From IMG/VR virus record IMGVR_UViG_3300024493_000235, positions 204,443 through 268,442 of that record: DNA of 64,000 nucleotides. One strand, 5' to 3'. This document shows, one piece after another, positions 47,826-57,800 of the stretch (position 1 is the first letter of the stretch; every line of letters starts with the position of its first letter). Source of the stretch: a virus (taxonomy: Duplodnaviria; Caudoviricetes). A program made the position numbers and the translations under genes. The notes under the pieces were generated by a model. It worked only from the letters and a program-made list of their open reading frames with translations. It was not told the DNA's origin and did no database searches.

Positions 47826-47913
47826 AAACATAGAGCTGCGTAATGCAGCTCTATGTTATTTTTTTATAAATATATTTTTAAGTATATATAATATGCAAAA
47901 AGGAGAGATACAA

Positions 47914-48594
47914 ATGACAGTTGAAAACGAAAATATTGTAAGTATGTATGTCAATAAGTTAATTGACGATACTATACAAAAAGCGAAAAATGAAAAAGAA
48001 TCGAAAGAGTCTAAAGCTCGAAACTTTATCGAGTATTTAGAAAAAGCTGACATCGTTATAGCGGATTTTTTGTTTAAGACTATAACAAAGATTATTATGT
48101 CTAACGATAGTCGAAAAACGTTTAAAATTCTGATTGATGGAGCGGAATGTGTTGATTGGGAATTTATTCGTGCAAAATTAAAAATAAACAAAGAATATAA
48201 ACAATCCGCTCCACTTTCAAAAGTTGTGCAATATCAAATACGAGATATTAAAGCTTCTGATATCCCTGAAATAGAAGGAGGAGAATACTGCACTACATTT
48301 ATACTTAATTGTGAATACCCCATTGTAGAACCGAGATTAAAAGAGTTCCATAAAGAGATATTTACAATGCTTCCTGAAAAGTTTGTAATGCCTGAAACTT
48401 CTTCTAATGAAAAGTATCCTGGGAAGTATCCGAAAATGTCTGATTTAATTAAAATCTTTGAAAACAATCTTATCAGAGATTTTTGTCTTTGCGAGAAAGG
48501 ATTCGAATCGGTAAATTTAAGATACGATTCTGCTGAAAAATCTTTTTCTGTAGATATATCGTTTAAATGGGTACAGCTATCAAAAGAAAAATAA
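47914..48594 (+). CDS. Hypothetical protein
   Basis: Class I promoter at 47883, AGGAG RBS. Confidence 0.75.
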   Translation: MTVENENIVSMYVNKLIDDTIQKAKNEKESKESKARNFIEYLEKADIVIADFLFKTITKIIMSNDSRKTFKILIDGAECVDWEFIRAKLKINKEYKQSAPLSKVVQYQIRDIKASDIPEIEGGEYCTTFILNCEYPIVEPRLKEFHKEIFTMLPEKFVMPETSSNEKYPGKYPKMSDLIKIFENNLIRDFCLCEKGFESVNLRYDSAEKSFSVDISFKWVQLSKEK

Positions 48595-48626
48595 AAATAC
48601 GGGGCCGCAGTGGCCCCGTATGGTTT

Positions 48627-49349
48627 TTAATACGACTTGTATTCTGTACTGCCACATTTCCATGAGCCGTTTTCCATTTTAATAGCTGTATCAAGAAGTG
48701 ATTTATTTGGAAGTAAGGTTTTAGGATAATCATGCAGAATCTCTCCGGTGTCACCAGCTATAGCTACAAATTCGGGATTAACATTTCCTTTTACACGAAT
48801 TTGCACATCACGTTTTTCGAACTGTATAGCCCTTTCATTGTCTGTAAAGACAATGCTGCCATTTTTTTCAAGCTCAGCAAGACGTTCATCTAAGTCTTTA
48901 TCTTCACGATTCGGGCTCTGTGCAACTTTTGCTTGTTTCTTAAATTGTTCTTGAGCGTTTGTTACATCAGATTTACGTTCAATAATAAGTTTTTGAAACT
49001 CCCTAGCAAGATTTGCAGCATTTGTATTATCGTCCACATTTTTGTTTTTCTGTAAGGATAACTGCGCTATTTTTAGCTTATTTGACAATGTCTGGTTTAA
49101 TGCTTGGTTTTTGCCATTATACATGGAAGAAAGGGTTTCAAGTTCAGAACTTATAAAAGATATACTTCCTCTTCCAAAAAGGCCACCTTCATCGTTGAAA
49201 TATTTGGTATTAACGTCATTTTCAATCTTTTGAATAACGTTACCCATATTGTCAATATTTGTATATAATTCTTCCAAATCTGGACGGAAAAATTCAGGGT
49301 TTAATACAGTTTCTTCGTTTAAAACTTCAGGCAGTCTTTTTTTCGCCAT
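48627..49349 (-). CDS. Hypothetical coiled-coil protein
   Basis: AACA-N6-TA promoter at 49375-49386. Confidence 0.75.
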   Translation of the reverse strand: MAKKRLPEVLNEETVLNPEFFRPDLEELYTNIDNMGNVIQKIENDVNTKYFNDEGGLFGRGSISFISSELETLSSMYNGKNQALNQTLSNKLKIAQLSLQKNKNVDDNTNAANLAREFQKLIIERKSDVTNAQEQFKKQAKVAQSPNREDKDLDERLAELEKNGSIVFTDNERAIQFEKRDVQIRVKGNVNPEFVAIAGDTGEILHDYPKTLLPNKSLLDTAIKMENGSWKCGSTEYKSY

Positions 49350-49421
49350 AATTTAAGCCTTCCTTTTGTGTATTTATTTGTATGTTAAAACGAGCTTTGG
49401 GTATATATAATCTAAGTAACT

Positions 49422-49500
49422 TGCAGGCAGTTTGGCTATTTCTCATTCCCCTCTCCAATACCAATGAGATAGGTCAAACTCGCCTTGCATTTTATTTTAT
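49422..49500 (+). ncRNA. Leader hairpin or sRNA with a C/U-rich loop
   Basis: Long imperfect stem, loop CCCCTCTCCAATACC, U-tract, directly after the class I promoter at 49402. Confidence 0.5.
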
Positions 49501-49516
49501 TAACGAGGTGACATAA

Positions 49517-50065
49517 ATGGTATATCAATTATTTCCTGGTATACAAATTCCTCTATTGAAAATTGGAGATGTGCTGGTTATTTCCGGTAAACAATTTCAG
49601 TACAGGGGGACAGTTAGGAGTCTTAAGGATATACCACAAGTAGTTGGTGTATACTTATGTCTTGATAACAACAGTTATTATTTGCACCACAAAAAGGATG
49701 AAAATAAGGATATTATTATGGCTTACAATAAACATCATGTAGAAAATATCGCTAAAGACGATAACCCTGTAACAAGAATTCCTGAGAATATAGAGATATT
49801 TACAGTCCCTATATATCCTGAGGACAATTTCCTTAAGATGCTTATAAAGAAAGTGTTGTACACATTAAAACTTGATACAGTTCAATACAAGAAATTGTTT
49901 ATGAACGAGAATCATTACAACAATACGAAACGAAGTCTTACAAGTAAGTCTGTTCTTTCTTATGAAAAATTTTGTGAACTTCTCGATTTATTGGGGCTTA
50001 CTCACACTATAACCATCTCTTATAAAGATGGATCCGATTTTACTTTTGACAAGGATATTGTATAA
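49517..50065 (+). CDS. Hypothetical protein with a possible C-terminal HTH
   Basis: HYNNTKRSL...LSYEKFCELLDLLG. Confidence 0.7.
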   Translation: MVYQLFPGIQIPLLKIGDVLVISGKQFQYRGTVRSLKDIPQVVGVYLCLDNNSYYLHHKKDENKDIIMAYNKHHVENIAKDDNPVTRIPENIEIFTVPIYPEDNFLKMLIKKVLYTLKLDTVQYKKLFMNENHYNNTKRSLTSKSVLSYEKFCELLDLLGLTHTITISYKDGSDFTFDKDIV

Positions 50066-50081
50066 AAAAGGAGGTTTTGTC

Positions 50082-50231
50082 ATGATGTACGATGATGAAA
50101 GCTGTCAGAATCATAATGGTGATGATCCTGACGATTTGTTTGACGACGAATTGGATAATTTCAATGCTAAGGTCAGAAACGAATCTGATGAGAGAATGTA
50201 CGGTTGTACAGCCGACGAATGGTTAATTTAA
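50082..50231 (+). CDS. Small acidic protein (49 aa)
   Basis: AGGAGG RBS; Asp/Glu-rich. Confidence 0.65.
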   Translation: MMYDDESCQNHNGDDPDDLFDDELDNFNAKVRNESDERMYGCTADEWLI

Positions 50232-50410
50232 AATAACAGCGCCCGGCAACACCGGGCGCTTGTTTGTTGAGAAGCATACTCCGGTAGATTCCACCCACTT
50301 AAAAGACCGAAAAATAATCAAAAACCTGTCTTTTATAAAAAACCGGAAGCTGTAAGGAGTTTTTTATGAAAAAAGCAGTCTCTATAATCGCGGCGTCGAT
50401 TACGGATACT
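50230..50410 (-). ncRNA. Candidate late antisense sRNA
   Basis: AACA-N6-TA promoter at 50410-50421, terminator at 50238-50260, anti-SD/anti-AUG segment between stems. Confidence 0.55.
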
Positions 50411-50491
50411 ATAATAATGTTTCTACCGTTATTTTTTTGCTTAAATTGTATCAAAATAACATCTTTATAAAAATAAATGGGGAGTTTATCT

Positions 50492-51937
50492 ATGATATTA
50501 AAAAGTGATATGCCCTCAATATCCGTCGAACAATCACAAATACCGCAAAATATAACACCAGATACTCGCCCTATCGAAAAAAGAGATAATAGAGAAGTAT
50601 TAGGAAAAAGAGACCCAGATTTAGCACCTATAACAGATGCCGCTGTAAATGACGAATTACAGCTATTACGGGATCTTTCTAATAATCAAAATGACCTCTC
50701 TAAATCTTCTCCAATTTCAAGAATGCTGGGCGGGACAAAAAACATTGTTATTTATTTTAATCAAAATACAAACAGAGCAAATAATGATAATATCAATATA
50801 TCAGCTCCTGGACTTGTAAATTCCACTAAATATGATAGAATTGACAATATGATTATTTTCACAGAACAAGAACTTCAAGCTAATTTCACTGTAGAAGACG
50901 GTCATGTTGACAATCAAGTAACCTCGAGCGGAGTTATGCCCGCAGGTACAACTCCAAAATCCGGTGACTTATTTTATTGGAATGATATAGGTGGAAGAGG
51001 TGTTCTTTTTGTTGTTACGAATCCTGTACCTTTAAGTACATTAGAATATACAGGGTGGCAAATTGAATTCCAAAGACATCACGAGCAATTCACCCCCGAA
51101 GAATTGACAAATCTTGTACAGGATTACTTTGTATTTAAATTTGAAAATCTTGGAACGGATAGGGTTGTTGTATTACACCAAAAGATGGCGCATCTTTATG
51201 ATATGGCGACCAAAATCTTAGAAGATTTTACAAATGAATATATCTTCAGGTTCTTCGATGAACCTCGCAATATAATTCGTCTTAAACATCTTTCAAAGAA
51301 AAAACAACCATCACAATACGTTGTTTTAGGCGAGGAACATAAATTTCAAACAGGAGGAAGGGATGATATCCCTGAACTTCCACGACAAATATTTGATCCT
51401 TATATAATGCAATTTTTTTCTGATGCTTTTGCAAAAGAAAAATTATTGTATAAAGGATACTCTATATATCCTGTAAATCCTGTATGGACAGGGGAAGAAT
51501 TTAAGACATACTATCACCATTCTATATACAATGCGATAATACATCAGAAGCCTTCGCTAATATTGTATTATTATAATCTTCCCATACCGTTTAACCCGAG
51601 TACACTGCGAGATTTATCGTTTGAAAATTGGTATTACTTTGAACTTATTGCAAACGAAGATCCGAGGTGTATTGATATCTTTCCAAGGGGGCTTTTAGGA
51701 CGCATTGTTAAAAACTCGCTTTATAATGTAGATTACGGTGATGATAAGGAAATGCTTAAATATAACCTTATCATAAAATACTGTAATATAAAAGGTTATA
51801 TTCCAACGAAAGAAGACTTAGATCCTTTTTCTAAAGAAATAGACCTTATGGACGATACATCGTTATATGGGATAGGCCCCATTATAATGTATATATGCTA
51901 TAACTTCCGACAAACTGTTGGAAAGAGGTTTACATAA
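50492..51937 (+). CDS. Putative virion structural protein
   Basis: AACA-N6-TA promoter at 50458; PKSGDLFY beta-barrel-like motif. Confidence 0.6.
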   Translation: MILKSDMPSISVEQSQIPQNITPDTRPIEKRDNREVLGKRDPDLAPITDAAVNDELQLLRDLSNNQNDLSKSSPISRMLGGTKNIVIYFNQNTNRANNDNINISAPGLVNSTKYDRIDNMIIFTEQELQANFTVEDGHVDNQVTSSGVMPAGTTPKSGDLFYWNDIGGRGVLFVVTNPVPLSTLEYTGWQIEFQRHHEQFTPEELTNLVQDYFVFKFENLGTDRVVVLHQKMAHLYDMATKILEDFTNEYIFRFFDEPRNIIRLKHLSKKKQPSQYVVLGEEHKFQTGGRDDIPELPRQIFDPYIMQFFSDAFAKEKLLYKGYSIYPVNPVWTGEEFKTYYHHSIYNAIIHQKPSLILYYYNLPIPFNPSTLRDLSFENWYYFELIANEDPRCIDIFPRGLLGRIVKNSLYNVDYGDDKEMLKYNLIIKYCNIKGYIPTKEDLDPFSKEIDLMDDTSLYGIGPIIMYICYNFRQTVGKRFT

Positions 51938-51951
51938 AGGAGAGATTCGTT

Positions 51952-52092
51952 ATGTTCATAGAACTTGAGAAAGCTTTGGAGGATCAAGATTTCCGTACAG
52001 CAATGGAAGATGTCGAAGTGCAGTATATGGATACAATCATGGACACGGAAGCGATATCGGAAATGTTGGAAAGTGAACAACCTGCAACTTAA
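51952..52092 (+). CDS. Small acidic protein (46 aa), not in the ORF track
   Basis: MFIELEKALEDQDFRTAMEDVEVQYMDTIMDTEAISEMLESEQPAT; AAGGAG RBS. Confidence 0.7.
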   Translation: MFIELEKALEDQDFRTAMEDVEVQYMDTIMDTEAISEMLESEQPAT

Positions 52093-52129
52093 TGCGGGTA
52101 CAAATATTTTTTAAGGAGAAATTCAAATT

Positions 52130-52672
52130 ATGGTAAAGAAACAAGAAGAGCTCGTCCGAGTAAAAATTGCATTCTCAGGATTTATAGCTCCAATTAACGC
52201 ATACGGTCCGTGCAAACCGTACATTTCCAAAGAACAGTGTTGTGAACTTATTCGCTGCGGTTTTGGAATTGAACTTATGTATCCGTCCCAGACCCCTGAA
52301 TTCGCAGAAGAGCTTAAGAAGTATTATGACCTTATTCAGCAAAAGAAAGTAGCTGATGCCGCTAAAATTGCTCAAGAAATTCGGTATACTGATAATGCCG
52401 TTGAAAAGGCTATGCGTGATGCGCAGTTAAAAGAAGAAGAACTCAGGAATAAGAATAATGGGGCAGGCCCGATTCAGACACCGGAACAGGGAAATAAGAT
52501 TGAAATGGCCTTAGCTCAAAGTGATGCGGCGGCTCAACTTCTCAATTCTGAACAAACTCAAAACGACCAACAGAGAACACAGGAAATGCAAGAACAATTG
52601 GACAGCATCGTAACGGATCCGAATAACCCGATCGAAGGTGAAAACGGCATATTACATCCGCAAGGCGAGTAA
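52130..52672 (+). CDS. Hypothetical protein
   Basis: AAGGAG RBS, terminator downstream. Confidence 0.75.
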   Translation: MVKKQEELVRVKIAFSGFIAPINAYGPCKPYISKEQCCELIRCGFGIELMYPSQTPEFAEELKKYYDLIQQKKVADAAKIAQEIRYTDNAVEKAMRDAQLKEEELRNKNNGAGPIQTPEQGNKIEMALAQSDAAAQLLNSEQTQNDQQRTQEMQEQLDSIVTDPNNPIEGENGILHPQGE

Positions 52673-52719
52673 TAAAAAATAACATTCAGGGCCCATTTGG
52701 GCCCTGAAGTTTTGTGTGT

Positions 52720-52950
52720 CTAAATGATCTTGAGAAATAGTAGTATTAGAAATACTATCACAAGGATTAGTAAAATTATACATGCTATTCTAAGACGTTT
52801 AACAACTATTGAGTGCTCAAACGATTCTTTGAACTTGTGTAAAATGTTTATATCAAGGTTTTTTACAGTCATAAAGTATGTAAGTATTATGTAACCTATG
52901 CTGTAAAGAAAAGTACAAACAATCGCTGAAATAAGAACGTATTTTAGCAT
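52720..52950 (-). CDS. Small membrane protein with two hydrophobic helices
   Basis: Hydrophobic termini. Confidence 0.65.
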   Translation of the reverse strand: MLKYVLISAIVCTFLYSIGYIILTYFMTVKNLDINILHKFKESFEHSIVVKRLRIACIILLILVIVFLILLFLKII

Positions 52951-53159
52951 TGAATCCCCTTAAAAACGAATGTTAAGTATTGACGAACCAAATCGTTTAC
53001 AGCGCCTCCTGCCATGAGATAAAATATAACAAGAGCGATAATGCAAACAAGTGAAGAAGCTGCAACAAGTATCCATGTAAAGTTACTTGTCATAAGAGCC
53101 GATATAACGCTACCTATACAAAATACCATCAGTAAAATACACGCTAATAATATGTACAT
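52944..53159 (-). CDS. Small membrane protein with two hydrophobic helices
   Basis: Hydrophobic ORF overlapping the next gene. Confidence 0.65.
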   Translation of the reverse strand: MYILLACILLMVFCIGSVISALMTSNFTWILVAASSLVCIIALVIFYLMAGGAVNDLVRQYLTFVFKGIQC

Positions 53160-53173
53160 ATATACCGCCTGTA

Positions 53174-53407
53174 TTACGATGGAATAAGGTGTTTACACAA
53201 TATTCCGCCAATAATAATCATTACAAGTGCTACAACGCATAAAATAAATGATGCAAGTGCGGAACGATTCTTTTGGTTTATAGTAGAGCCATATTCTCTT
53301 CTATTACCAACTCTACCGATACAAACTGTCATAATAACTGTTATTCCTGCAATCACTAGCACAACGCCAACAAAAACAAGAATCATCTGAATAATGTACA
53401 GCACCAT
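53174..53407 (-). CDS. Small membrane protein with two hydrophobic helices
   Basis: GGAGG RBS, two hydrophobic helices. Confidence 0.7.
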   Translation of the reverse strand: MVLYIIQMILVFVGVVLVIAGITVIMTVCIGRVGNRREYGSTINQKNRSALASFILCVVALVMIIIGGILCKHLIPS

Positions 53408-53433
53408 ATCCCCTCCCCGTTTTGTACAGATTT

Positions 53434-53985
53434 TTACCTGAATGAATTATCGTCAGGTCCAGATTTAAAGTCTCCTTCTGTGACTCCTGTATGATTTTGT
53501 GGATAGTCACAAATCATGTGTTCATATATTGCATACGTTTTTGCCTTAAATTTATCATTCTGCAGATCAAGTGGAATCATGGAATCAAAAATAAGGTGAA
53601 GAACTGAAGGGTTTGTGCCCCACTGCAAATTCATGATTGCGATTCTTTTCATTTTCAAAAACAACTCAGTATATGGCGAGAAATTATCAGGAGGTGTGTC
53701 CCGTTTGTACTGATCGATTATGTTATTTAGTATACTTGCAATAAGGTTATAATCATACCCATCGCACACCAAACAAATACCCAAATGAAAAGGATCCCTT
53801 TGTTCAATTCCGTCTTTTCTGCAATATATGCTGGTCCAAGTTAGGCCCTCCTTTCTTGCTCTCTCTAACACATCATAAGCGTAATCGGCGAATTCTTGGG
53901 CAATTTTTCCAAATGTAACCTTATCCATTCCGACATTTAATTTTGGATCAGTTGGATCATTTTCCATACAGTTTATAAGTTCCAT
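53434..53985 (-). CDS. Soluble MotA cytoplasmic-domain-like protein
   Basis: RARKEGL...DPFHLGICLVCDGYD...IASIL and IAIMNLQWGTNP parallel MotA ARREGL...DxFL..G....DG and EGILSIQ.G.NP; start at ATG 53985 behind AAGGAG. Confidence 0.6.
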   Translation of the reverse strand: MELINCMENDPTDPKLNVGMDKVTFGKIAQEFADYAYDVLERARKEGLTWTSIYCRKDGIEQRDPFHLGICLVCDGYDYNLIASILNNIIDQYKRDTPPDNFSPYTELFLKMKRIAIMNLQWGTNPSVLHLIFDSMIPLDLQNDKFKAKTYAIYEHMICDYPQNHTGVTEGDFKSGPDDNSFR

Positions 53986-54289
53986 ATTAAACTCCTTAAT
54001 CTTAATTTTCAAGATGTTTCAAAGCATTTTATCCTCTGTATACACATATTATATATAATTGAAATTTATATTACAAAAAAGATAAAAATAACATTTTTAT
54101 AATCATAGGTTTCTTATCGGTAAGCGTAAGAATGTATGCAGAATATCTTCTACAGCCTTCTAACTAACAGGTCATATTTCTTTTATCGGTGTAGGCCAAA
54201 GGGGGTTTATCATGAAAACCGTATTCACAGTCGTGTTCGCCTGATTTAAAAGAAGGAGGCCGAAAAAAGGCCTCCTTCATCATTTTGTT

Positions 54290-54805
54290 TCAATTTTCTT
54301 CGGGATATGTGTCTCCAAAGAATACACATTCGTGTAAATGTAAATCACGTAAGTTATATGTAATTCTATCATCAGATATGTACACATCCCAATTTTTATG
54401 AGGTCCAACTTTCTTAAAACCGTATTTTGTAAACAGTGCAATTGATGGTGCATTGGAAGGATTGATACATGTATTTTTCTTATAACCAACAGTTTTAAGA
54501 AACATGATTTTCAAAAGGTGTTTTCCAAACCCCTTTCCTCTGAACTTTGGAAATGTGCAAATTTCTAAAAATACAACACCATCAGGATTATAAAGAAGTT
54601 TAGATTTATGATTTCCGTAACTTACAAAACAACAACCTATCCATTCTTTTGTATCAGAATCAAATAAAATCCAACCTTCTGTATTCTTCCAGTCTTTTAA
54701 TAAGTATTCTTCTGTGCAAAAGTCTTCCGGGTTAAATTCGTCTTTAGCCAGTGTTTCCCATTTCTTTAAATCTGCAACTGTCAGTCTTCTAAAACAAACT
54801 TTCAT
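54290..54805 (-). CDS. GNAT acetyltransferase
   Basis: PKFRGKGFGKHLL and NAPSIALFTKYGF. Confidence 0.88.
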   Translation of the reverse strand: MKVCFRRLTVADLKKWETLAKDEFNPEDFCTEEYLLKDWKNTEGWILFDSDTKEWIGCCFVSYGNHKSKLLYNPDGVVFLEICTFPKFRGKGFGKHLLKIMFLKTVGYKKNTCINPSNAPSIALFTKYGFKKVGPHKNWDVYISDDRITYNLRDLHLHECVFFGDTYPEEN

Positions 54806-54880
54806 AATTATACTCCTTACAATAAAAGTTATTATCGCTTTTATTGTAAATATCCGGGGCCATTATGGCCCCGGATATAA

Positions 54881-57800
54881 TTACTTACGTTCGTCTTCTG
54901 CGTATTCGTTGAAGAGTTTTCTCACCTGCTCTTTTAATCCCCAAACGCATTTATTCCCAAATAGCATGTGCAGTATAGATGTAACTTGTCTTGCTTGAAT
55001 GCTTATCGGGTTTAGTATGGCATCAATTTTATCATCCTTTCGTTTGATAGGATATGGAGCTAAGTTTTGAGCCAAAGTTCTGCAGAGTACACACTTCATA
55101 CTGGCAAAGAAACATATCTTATCTCCAGAGTTAGGTTGGTCTATATACTTTGTATAGTATTCAACTAAAACCTTTCCTTGCGGACAATACGTTCCTTTAA
55201 TTTTATTATCAGAACTGGGAGGAGTAACTCCAATGTAATCCGTAGATATTTCATTCGGATTTTTGGCTCCAGCTTGCGCTATAACTTTTACTCTATCTCG
55301 AATTCGGTTATTATGACCTTCAACGAATTTTCTCACACTGTCAGACATTTCAGATACAGGTACTGTATAGTATACTTTAATGTCTTGGATTGTTCCTGTA
55401 ACTTTTGAATGAGGAGTTTGTTTTACCAAATCTTCTAAGGCTTTTAAATCTTTTGTTGAAGCTTGGTTTACGATTTTGTTTATTTCAGGATCGTCGAGCT
55501 CATCTTCATAGATCATCAAAGCTTGTCCTGCAATAACGTTATCACCTACTTTCGTAGATTGAAAAATGTTTGCTTTTGCTCCGAGGACGACTTTCTTAAG
55601 CATTACAACTTCTGTCGACATTCTTTTTGCAAGTTTTTCCGTTATAACAGCGGAGTCCTCAAAAGTAGTTGAGCTCATTACTACGGCAACATTTGCTAAT
55701 ACCCCAGGATTAAATTCAGGAGCATTTTTTCCGTTTTCTGTTGAGAAATAACTTGGGTTCTTTGCAAGTACGTCAAACTTTTTGAACTTATCGCCTTCTT
55801 GCAAATCGAAAGTTTTTCTGCTTACAACATAGAATCCCATACCGCCATCTTTATGAATGTGATCTTGAATATCGATGGATTCTCTTTCTCCGTCATTATA
55901 CTCAACGATTGCAACTCCATTCTTTTTATCGATTTGAAGTACAGAACCGTCTTTCTTTGCAAAGGTGATAAAATCGTTACTTGTCATATAAGGAACAGTC
56001 TTTTCTACACCGTTTCCTATAAGTAGAGGATCTGTATCCATAGCTGCCATAACATGTTTTGATTCTTTTCCAACCATGCCAAGGCGTCTTGCATCATCAT
56101 GATCAATCGCATATGGAACTAAAAGTTCTGCAACAGATCCGATGTTTCCAAAATCGATTTCTTCAGGGTTATCTGTTTTCCCCGATTTTACAAATCCTAA
56201 CACATCGGAAATACGAGGATTCATGGACATGTATTTAGTGATACCGATATCGGGACCGTCAGGACTGGAAGCTGCAAAGACACCTACCATCGATTTATCA
56301 TAAGCTCTCCTTGAAAGAGTATATGCATCGGTTTGTTTACAACCTCCAGGGCCTTTAAATGTTAACGATCCTTCAGTTTCAATTTCTCGAATAGGATTCA
56401 ATGTGTCATAGTCCCTGAATAATCCAGAGTCGTTCATCTTTTTTATAATGTCATTTTCATTTACAAACATTGTGCTTTTTGATGTGTATCGGTGTTTAAA
56501 TGTACGATATGTTTGAGTTAATGATTTATACATAAATACACACGGAATGAGTTCCAAATTTCTTATACGATTTACATCTGTAGTTTTTGGATCGACTACA
56601 GTATTATCTTCAAGAAGAGAATTTGCATAAAGCATCATAGGAAGAAATGTATCAGGAAGATTTAACGTTCGCATAACTTGCGCCGTTTTGAAGTCTATAA
56701 GCCACGATTTTCCGTCTTTAAAACCTTTCGCAAAATGTCTTGTTTGAAACATTTCGTCGAAAGCTAAAAGATACGGATTCTCTTCGTCCATTTCTTTTAA
56801 TGTGAAGTTTTCTGTAGATATATCATGGATAAGGCCGTTTAAAATAAGCGAGTGACGCACAGGATGTATATCGTAATATAAAAAGCCGTCTTTGAACCTG
56901 ATCATGTTTTGCTTTAAAGCATTTTCTTTTGGAAGAGGTTCTTTTTCGAATGTATATTTTACACCCATTTCTTTAAGGAGTTCTGAAAGTCCGAATAAAT
57001 ATCCTAAGAAGACTCCAAAGGATAACAGACGACCTAAGTAATGTACTTTAGAATACATATACTTCTTGGGAACGGTTAATCTTTTAATAACCTTTTCAAG
57101 ATCACCCATAGTTACATACTGACGTATTGTAGCAAGAATAAGATCGCATATCGTGTTCTTTTTTGTTTGTGTATCCATGCCAGTGTTAACGTCGATATAA
57201 ATGATCGTTTTATCCTCTGTGATTCCAATAGGCATAAGTCCAGGTTTTTCAACATAAGCGATATTTAAATCTTCAAACATATGTCTTATATCACGTTGAT
57301 TAAAAATAAATGATACGGATTTTTTCTTATCAGAAGACTGAATCACAATCGAGTAAAATGTCTCTGACAATTTGTCATATTCAAGGGTTGTATTATACTT
57401 TAAGTTTGTATCATAACTGTCACCGCTTTTAAATGAAAGTCCGTATGTTCCATTTCCTGGAAACTTCTTTATAAGCTTTTTTAATATTTCGAGTTTAGGA
57501 TCAAAAGCTTGTCCTGCCCTGTATATGTGCATCTGATTAAACGCGGTTGTAATACGCACTTCATCGGGATTTATTTTAACTACGGGAATTGATGCAATCT
57601 GCCCTGTAAGCATTTTCTTGTTACCGTCAACAAGAAAAAATTTATTATCAACAAGTTTTGGTATATTGTATGCAACTTTGTGTTTATTCCCGAACTCGTC
57701 GACGAAATCGAATGTATACTTAATAAGTGCATTAAGGGTATTTGATATATCCTTTTTCGTGATATTTGTGACAATCATGTTAATCTCTGGAGCTTCTGAA

